This document shows positions 58,629 to 64,000 of a stretch of 64,000 bases of DNA, one piece after another. Each line of letters starts with the position of its first letter. Position 1 is the stretch's first letter. Below the pieces are notes generated by a model. The model searched no databases, was not told where the DNA came from, and saw only the letters and a program-made list of their open reading frames with translations. The position numbers and the translations under genes are program-made. Location of the stretch: NCBI GenBank assembly GCA_963681965.1, contig OY820579.1:1952001-2016000 (forward strand), given 5' to 3'. This DNA is from a bacterium. GTDB lineage: Bacteria; Electryoneota; JAOADG01.

Positions 58629-58699
58629 CTGGGGGACAGGGATTCGAACCCCGATTAACAGATCCAGAGTCTGCGGTCCTACCGTTAGACGATCCCCCA
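58629..58699 (-). tRNA. tRNA-Gln, anticodon CTG (CCA not encoded)
   Basis: TGGGGGATCGTCTAACGGTAGGACCGCAGACTCTGGATCTGTTAATCGGGGTTCGAATCCCTGTCCCCCAG folds as a cloverleaf with GTTCGAA T-loop. Confidence 0.95.
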
Positions 58700-58807
58700 A
58701 AAGGGCATAACGTGATCGGGGATAAAGGTAGAATATTTTCGGGGCGGATTCAAGTCACGCCCGCTAAGCCCCGTTCTACCTGAGTTTGCTCCGAAAGCTC
58801 GGAGGGT

Positions 58808-59659
58808 CTACCCCTTCGGTGCGAAGTCTGCCGGGAATACCGACCGTAATATTGAATGCCCCTGTTCATGAAGTTGCGGTGCCGATGCCCAAATGCACCC
58901 CTGCTCTAATGGATCGTCGCCCTGCGCAAAGCTGCCGACGCGACCACCCGCTTCGCGCACAATGACGTCTCCAGCGGCGATATCCCAAGGCGATAAATTT
59001 AGTTCCCAATAGCCGTCCAGAACGCCTTGCGCGACCCAGCACAGATCCACTGATGCTGCCCCGCATCGCCGCATCGAACTCCCCGCCAGAAACAGTTTCC
59101 GCCATGCTTCGAGATATAAATCGGTGCAATTCTTGATCCGGAACGGAAAACCGGTTGCAAAAATCGCATCGCAAAAAGCGATCTCGCGATTCACTGAAAT
59201 CGGCTTCCCATTGCGCGTTGCCCCAAGTCCTTTTGCCGCACGATATAAATCGTTGCTCGCGGGATTGAATACTACGCCGGCAATCCGCTCACCGAATCGC
59301 TGCCCTGTCTTTTTCACTAAGCGACGATCCTCTAACCCGATCGATACTGCGAATACCGGCAAACCGCGTAAAAAATTTGTCGTACCGTCGAGTGGATCGA
59401 TGATCCAGCGATAATCGGCGCCGGAATCGATCGAATTCCCTTCTTCACCGAGAAAATCGAATGTTGGATATAATTCACGGAGCTGATTGAGGCAGAGCTG
59501 TTCCGTCTCTTTGTCGGCGATACTCACAAAATCGTGTGCTGCCTTGGTAACGATCTGCGCATCGGCGATCTTCCCGTAATACTGCATCAATAGCGCACCG
59601 GCATTGCGCGCCACGCCGGTCATATCTTCCAGGACTTGCTGTAAATCGAGTTCAGACAT
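58808..59659 (-). CDS. suhB: Inositol monophosphatase family protein
   Basis: GEE, WIIDPLDGTTNF, RRCGAASVDL, WDIAAG. Confidence 0.9.
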   Translation of the reverse strand: MSELDLQQVLEDMTGVARNAGALLMQYYGKIADAQIVTKAAHDFVSIADKETEQLCLNQLRELYPTFDFLGEEGNSIDSGADYRWIIDPLDGTTNFLRGLPVFAVSIGLEDRRLVKKTGQRFGERIAGVVFNPASNDLYRAAKGLGATRNGKPISVNREIAFCDAIFATGFPFRIKNCTDLYLEAWRKLFLAGSSMRRCGAASVDLCWVAQGVLDGYWELNLSPWDIAAGDVIVREAGGRVGSFAQGDDPLEQGCIWASAPQLHEQGHSILRSVFPADFAPKG

Positions 59660-59680
59660 TGTTAAAACCTAATAAAAATA

Positions 59681-60757
59681 CTACATGGCATCAGGAGGTA
59701 AATCGAGCGATTCCGACTCTCCGTTGCTATCGGTCGGTGGATTCTTCGATGCCAGCCAGATCCTGCCGATCACGAACAGAATTAAAATCGCGATAATAAT
59801 CATCGTGCCGATCGGATCCCACACTACCGAGATTGCCTTCATATGATAGGGACCACCGTGACGCAATTTCTTGCCATCCCATTTCCAGACCAACGTGTCG
59901 GCATGAGAAGTATCTGCATTCGATGAAATCAATTTACCGTCAATTTTCAATTCGATGTACTGCTCTTCGTCTTCGAGATCGCGATAAGTGTCAAAGACTT
60001 TTTTCAATTGACTTGAGACAACGATGCCGTGTTGCACCTGATCGGGGGATAATGCGGTCGGCAGTATGGAATCGGTGATGAAATTCCAGAAATCGAGATC
60101 GTTGGTCGCCGGTGAATCCATATTCAAGCGCTTGAACCAGACTTGCGAGAGTGAATCGCCCCAGCTTTTCGCACGATCTTCGGAAAACAATTTCAGACTG
60201 TCTGCCACTTTGGTGAACATATCACTAACGATAAGTCGGTAGTACTCCAAAATGTTTTTACCGTGTGCCAATTCAAGTCTTTCCTGAGTATCGGCGGTAA
60301 ATGGAAAACCGATTTTTTTGAGCGAATCGACCGGCGAAGTTGGCAACCCGCTCTCCGGATCGGGGAAAGGTAGCATTGCGGCACCCGGAAGCGTCGCTTG
60401 CACCGAGCGTAATTGACATAACCCGAAATAGTATTTATGGAATTGCAATACCGGTGTGATGGGGGATGGATCGGCAATCAATAGCGGTTTCGAATCGGGA
60501 TCGCGACCATTCCATTTTCCACTCTGTCCAAACGATCCATCGACATCTTTTTGTGTCGAGACTGGTTGGCTGAGGATCCAAGGTTCACCATATCTCGGCA
60601 GTTGACCGGTCATGATATCGGCACTATCACCTGACCAGAATAGCGTCAATTCCGGTTTACTGTGCGCTTGCCAGCGAATGAACAGTCGCCGTTCGAGACA
60701 GCCGCTGGAACAGATTCCCAATGCGAGCAATATGAGAAGTAGGATTCGGGTTTTCAT
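59681..60757 (-). CDS. Hypothetical lipoprotein with a C-terminal TM helix
   Basis: MKTRILL..SSGC lipobox-like start; ISSNAD..TLVWK motif; hydrophobic C-terminal helix. Confidence 0.65.
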   Translation of the reverse strand: MKTRILLLILLALGICSSGCLERRLFIRWQAHSKPELTLFWSGDSADIMTGQLPRYGEPWILSQPVSTQKDVDGSFGQSGKWNGRDPDSKPLLIADPSPITPVLQFHKYYFGLCQLRSVQATLPGAAMLPFPDPESGLPTSPVDSLKKIGFPFTADTQERLELAHGKNILEYYRLIVSDMFTKVADSLKLFSEDRAKSWGDSLSQVWFKRLNMDSPATNDLDFWNFITDSILPTALSPDQVQHGIVVSSQLKKVFDTYRDLEDEEQYIELKIDGKLISSNADTSHADTLVWKWDGKKLRHGGPYHMKAISVVWDPIGTMIIIAILILFVIGRIWLASKNPPTDSNGESESLDLPPDAM

Positions 60758-60883
60758 ATTGAATACCTGTCTGAGTGTGGACAATTACACCAAATGATCG
60801 GTAATTGATCACCGTTCTTAATCGATAAACCGACTTCAGAGAACCGAATGGAATGTTAAAGTGTACCTAAATCACAACACAAA

Positions 60884-62545
60884 TTGTTACGATTCGCACG
60901 CTTGCATCGATCAAATCGAGATTGTATGTTGCAATATAATATGCGATTGATTAGTGTCATACGGTTTTACTTTACCGCAGCAATGTTTCCTGCGATTCTT
61001 CTGCTCAGTCTGTTTTCGCCAGAGCAGGCTTGCGCTTATTCCAAAAAAGCAAAACCTTTTGCAATAGATTCCGTACGTTTTTTCGATTCGCTTGCCGCAT
61101 TGAATCGTCGATTGGCGATGGACAGTATCAAAGTACCCCTCCGCACGATCGAAGCAGTTCAACTTGATAGCGTTGAAGCGTTGGTTTTACTTGCCGATGC
61201 GCATTGGTCGGTTCACAACTATGACAAAGCCGGACTCTTCATTCGCGCTGCTTTCGCACAATACGGCACAATTACCCCGACGGGTGATGATTTCCCGGTT
61301 GGTCGATACGATTCGCTCTACGTCAAGTTGGTCAATAAGTACAAAACCTTCCTCGCCGTTTCACCAATTTTGCCACCGGAAACACCGCTTGAAGTGTTGC
61401 TGCAGGAAGATACCGAACATCTGAAAGTACCGAATGAAGTACGCGCTCGAGTCGATTCGTTGTTCCGAATAACACCGAAAGAAGCCAAAAAGTTTACCTC
61501 TATTTTCGATGAATTCGGTAAAAAGCAAAAAATACCCATGCGACCGGTGTTACCGGACAATGTCCCGTTGCCTCCTGTTCCAGTCGTAACCAACAAACGC
61601 GTGGAAAATGCTCTCACCTTCTTCTTATCACGTGGGTCTGGTGTCTATCAACGCTGGTTGGATCGTGCCGGTAGGATGTTGCCAGTAGTGCTGCCGATCC
61701 TGCGCGAAGAGGGAATTCCCGAAGAAATCTTCTGTCTCGCAATGATAGAATCCGGTCTGAATCCCAACGCTTATTCACGATCGCAAGCTGCCGGAATATA
61801 TCAATTTATCTCATCTACCGGCGAGCATTACGGATTGCAAACCGGTTGGTGGTACGATGAACGACGCAATCCGGAAAAAGCTGCTCACGCCGCTTGTAAG
61901 TACCTTCGAAAACTCTACAACGACTTTGGGGACTGGTATCTGGCGATGGCAGCTTACAATAGCGGTGAAGGTCGCATTGCCCGGGTAACTCGGCGGGAGC
62001 GGACTGCCGATTTCTGGAGAATGAAAGGGCTACCGCGTGAGACCCGAAATTATGTACCGACTTATCTCGCCAGTTTACTCCTCTTTCAAGAACCCGAGCG
62101 ATGGGGATTTAAACCCCCAGTACTTCAAAAACCGTGGCAATCGGATACCGTCAAGATCGAAGGCGTAATCGACTTAAATGTTGCCGGGAAAATTCTTGGC
62201 GTCTCAATTGACGAATTGAAATGGCGGAATCCGGAGTTAGTTCAGTTTTGTACCGACCCGACAGTCGAGCAATTCTTGCTGAAAGTTCCACGAGGGATGG
62301 GAAAACTACTTTCAGACTCACTTGGTAAAATGTCAACTAATCAAAAGATCCGATGGATTGAACATACTATTCGTAAAGGGGAATCCCTCCGATCTATTTC
62401 GCGAAAGTATGGAATTCCTGAAAAAGCAATCGCTGAGTTGCCTTGGAACACGGTTGGAATACGGAGTAAAAATCGCGTTGTTGTTGGATCGACTATAAAA
62501 ATACCGCTGCCAGTCGATGTTGCTGCTGACTCAACTTCTTCGTAA
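60884..62545 (+). CDS. Lytic murein transglycosylase (SLT domain plus LysM), MltD-like
   Basis: AMIESG, AAGIYQF, AAYNSGEG, ETRNYVP; HTIRKGESL LysM; start uncertain (possibly 60941). Confidence 0.88.
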   Translation: MLRFARLHRSNRDCMLQYNMRLISVIRFYFTAAMFPAILLLSLFSPEQACAYSKKAKPFAIDSVRFFDSLAALNRRLAMDSIKVPLRTIEAVQLDSVEALVLLADAHWSVHNYDKAGLFIRAAFAQYGTITPTGDDFPVGRYDSLYVKLVNKYKTFLAVSPILPPETPLEVLLQEDTEHLKVPNEVRARVDSLFRITPKEAKKFTSIFDEFGKKQKIPMRPVLPDNVPLPPVPVVTNKRVENALTFFLSRGSGVYQRWLDRAGRMLPVVLPILREEGIPEEIFCLAMIESGLNPNAYSRSQAAGIYQFISSTGEHYGLQTGWWYDERRNPEKAAHAACKYLRKLYNDFGDWYLAMAAYNSGEGRIARVTRRERTADFWRMKGLPRETRNYVPTYLASLLLFQEPERWGFKPPVLQKPWQSDTVKIEGVIDLNVAGKILGVSIDELKWRNPELVQFCTDPTVEQFLLKVPRGMGKLLSDSLGKMSTNQKIRWIEHTIRKGESLRSISRKYGIPEKAIAELPWNTVGIRSKNRVVVGSTIKIPLPVDVAADSTSS

Positions 62546-62661
62546 CTTATTTAAATTAAGATGTAAGTTAGTTTATTCTCAATATAAAGTGAGCTAACTT
62601 ATTGAGCCTGAGTTACAATATCGCTGAAAATGTATTATTTTGTTCAGATTGGTTTTGACGA

Positions 62662-63600
62662 TTGGAGTCGATTTTGCGAAAAAAGGATGTGATCATCGGT
62701 GTTGGTGTGCTGGTCGTTTTTTCCATATTGTTTATTGTCGCTCTGAAGTTGTTCGCCGCACGTGACGACACTCCTACGGTTTCATTGGGGAGCAGTGGCG
62801 CTAAAGTAGGTATCGTCGAAGTGACGGGCGTCATCACAGATGCACGCAAAACAGTGGATTGGATTGACCAGTTACGCAAAAATAAATCGGTCAAAGCCGT
62901 TGTTATTCGCGTCGATTCACCGGGTGGCGCGGTAGGTCCCTCGCAGGAAATGTTCGAAGCCGTGAAAAAACTTCGAAAAGCAGGGAAGCGCGTGGTAATC
63001 TCAATGGGGTCGGTAGCTGCCAGTGGTGGATATTATCTGTCGATGGGCGGCGATACGATCATGGCGAATGCGGGAACGTTGACTGGATCGATCGGCGTAA
63101 TTATGCAGATGCCAGTCGTTAAGAAATTAGCCGACAAGATCGGGATCGGAATGGAGACGATCAAGTCGGGCAAGATGAAGGATGTCGGAAATATGTTCCG
63201 CGAGATGACGCCTGAAGAGCGGGCGTATCTCCAGTCGGCAATTGACGACACCTACGAACAATTTGTAGAAGCAGTCGCCGAAGGGCGGCACATGACGGTG
63301 GAACAGGTGAAAGTCTTAGCCGATGGACGCGTCTATACCGGACGACAAGCAAAAATGAATGGTCTGGTAGATTTATTGGGCACATACGACGACGCGATCC
63401 GTCTTGCAGCAAAGCTTGGGGGGATATCAGGAGAACCCAAACTGGTTAAGCCGAAACCGAAATTGAAAGGACTATTGGCGCTAATGTTGGGGGACGACGA
63501 AGAGAGTGCCGATGCCAAGAGTTCTTTGTTAAATCGTATACTACCGGGAAGTGTCAGTTCACTGACACCGTCCTTCGAATATCGATGGATCGTCGAATAA
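62662..63600 (+). CDS. sppA: Signal peptide peptidase SppA (S49, short type)
   Basis: DSPGG, AASGGYY, GSIGV, KSGKMKD, DGRVYTG; TTG start. Confidence 0.92.
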   Translation: MESILRKKDVIIGVGVLVVFSILFIVALKLFAARDDTPTVSLGSSGAKVGIVEVTGVITDARKTVDWIDQLRKNKSVKAVVIRVDSPGGAVGPSQEMFEAVKKLRKAGKRVVISMGSVAASGGYYLSMGGDTIMANAGTLTGSIGVIMQMPVVKKLADKIGIGMETIKSGKMKDVGNMFREMTPEERAYLQSAIDDTYEQFVEAVAEGRHMTVEQVKVLADGRVYTGRQAKMNGLVDLLGTYDDAIRLAAKLGGISGEPKLVKPKPKLKGLLALMLGDDEESADAKSSLLNRILPGSVSSLTPSFEYRWIVE

Positions 63601-63816
63601 TCGATTTCCGATAGTGACATCATTCGGCAAGGCGATGTTTCTCGCTAATCCCGGTCGACACCGGGTTTCATCGTAACGGGTTTAACAAGCACTACTTTAC
63701 CATCAATTATCGCTGGCCGAACAACGAGCAAAACGGTTATCAATAAATTCCGCAGTTCGTTATTACGGCAAGGTGATCGGAATTAAAAAGTCGAATCATT
63801 TAACGTCGAGGATGCT

Positions 63817-64000
63817 ATGAGAAAAGCGGAATTAGTCGAACGCATCGCGAAACAAACCGGTATCACCCGGGTAGAAATTGCGACAGTGATCGACAGTTAT
63901 ATCGCTGAAGTACGAAACTCAGTAGCCGAAGGTCATACCATCGAATTGCGAGGTCTGGGATCGTTTTCATCCCGAACCCGTCGTGCGCGAATTGGAAAAA
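63817..64000 (+). CDS. HU/IHF family DNA-binding protein, partial at the window edge
   Basis: MRKAELVERIAKQTG...IELRGLGSF..R.R.AR; GAGGA RBS. Confidence 0.9.
   Translation, partial: MRKAELVERIAKQTGITRVEIATVIDSYIAEVRNSVAEGHTIELRGLGSFSSRTRRARIGK

Noticed and set aside
58560-58699. Integrative element at tRNA-Gln
   Set aside because: No integrase is present and no duplicated tRNA 3' end (att site) was seen in the window.

Overview
A 64-kb window from a diderm bacterium. The many secreted proteins with NYPNPFN...SGxY C-terminal sorting domains and a PorV-like barrel suggest an FCB-superphylum or candidate lineage (inference). Housekeeping genes include mdh, lat, fbp, a uridine kinase-like gene, an M32 carboxypeptidase, yjbQ, suhB, an mltD-like gene, sppA, a partial HU gene and tRNA-Gln(CTG). 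These are interleaved with very large secreted or surface proteins, including three tandem ~1100-aa paralogs. No transposase, integrase, CRISPR array, reverse transcriptase or rRNA was recognised. The main leads are: (1) a ~3.5-kb cassette beside tRNA-Gln in which a secreted SBBP-repeat gene is bracketed by arrays of different GTAG/GTGG-tagged REP hairpins showing compensatory base changes and a 66-bp inverted repeat, with two REP doublets translated in frame inside the gene and no RAYT transposase present; (2) a four-gene DUF6754-type membrane operon of unknown function; (3) a ~215-nt rod-like structured RNA candidate upstream of a 1500-aa surface protein; (4) an operon coupling yjbQ, a TsdA/SoxA-like His/Cys dihaem lipoprotein, a degenerate YyaL-like protein and a secreted paralog; (5) a PdxJ-fold pseudoenzyme; and (6) a PAS/GAF signalling module with no enzymatic output. 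All family assignments come from motif recognition by eye, not from database searches.
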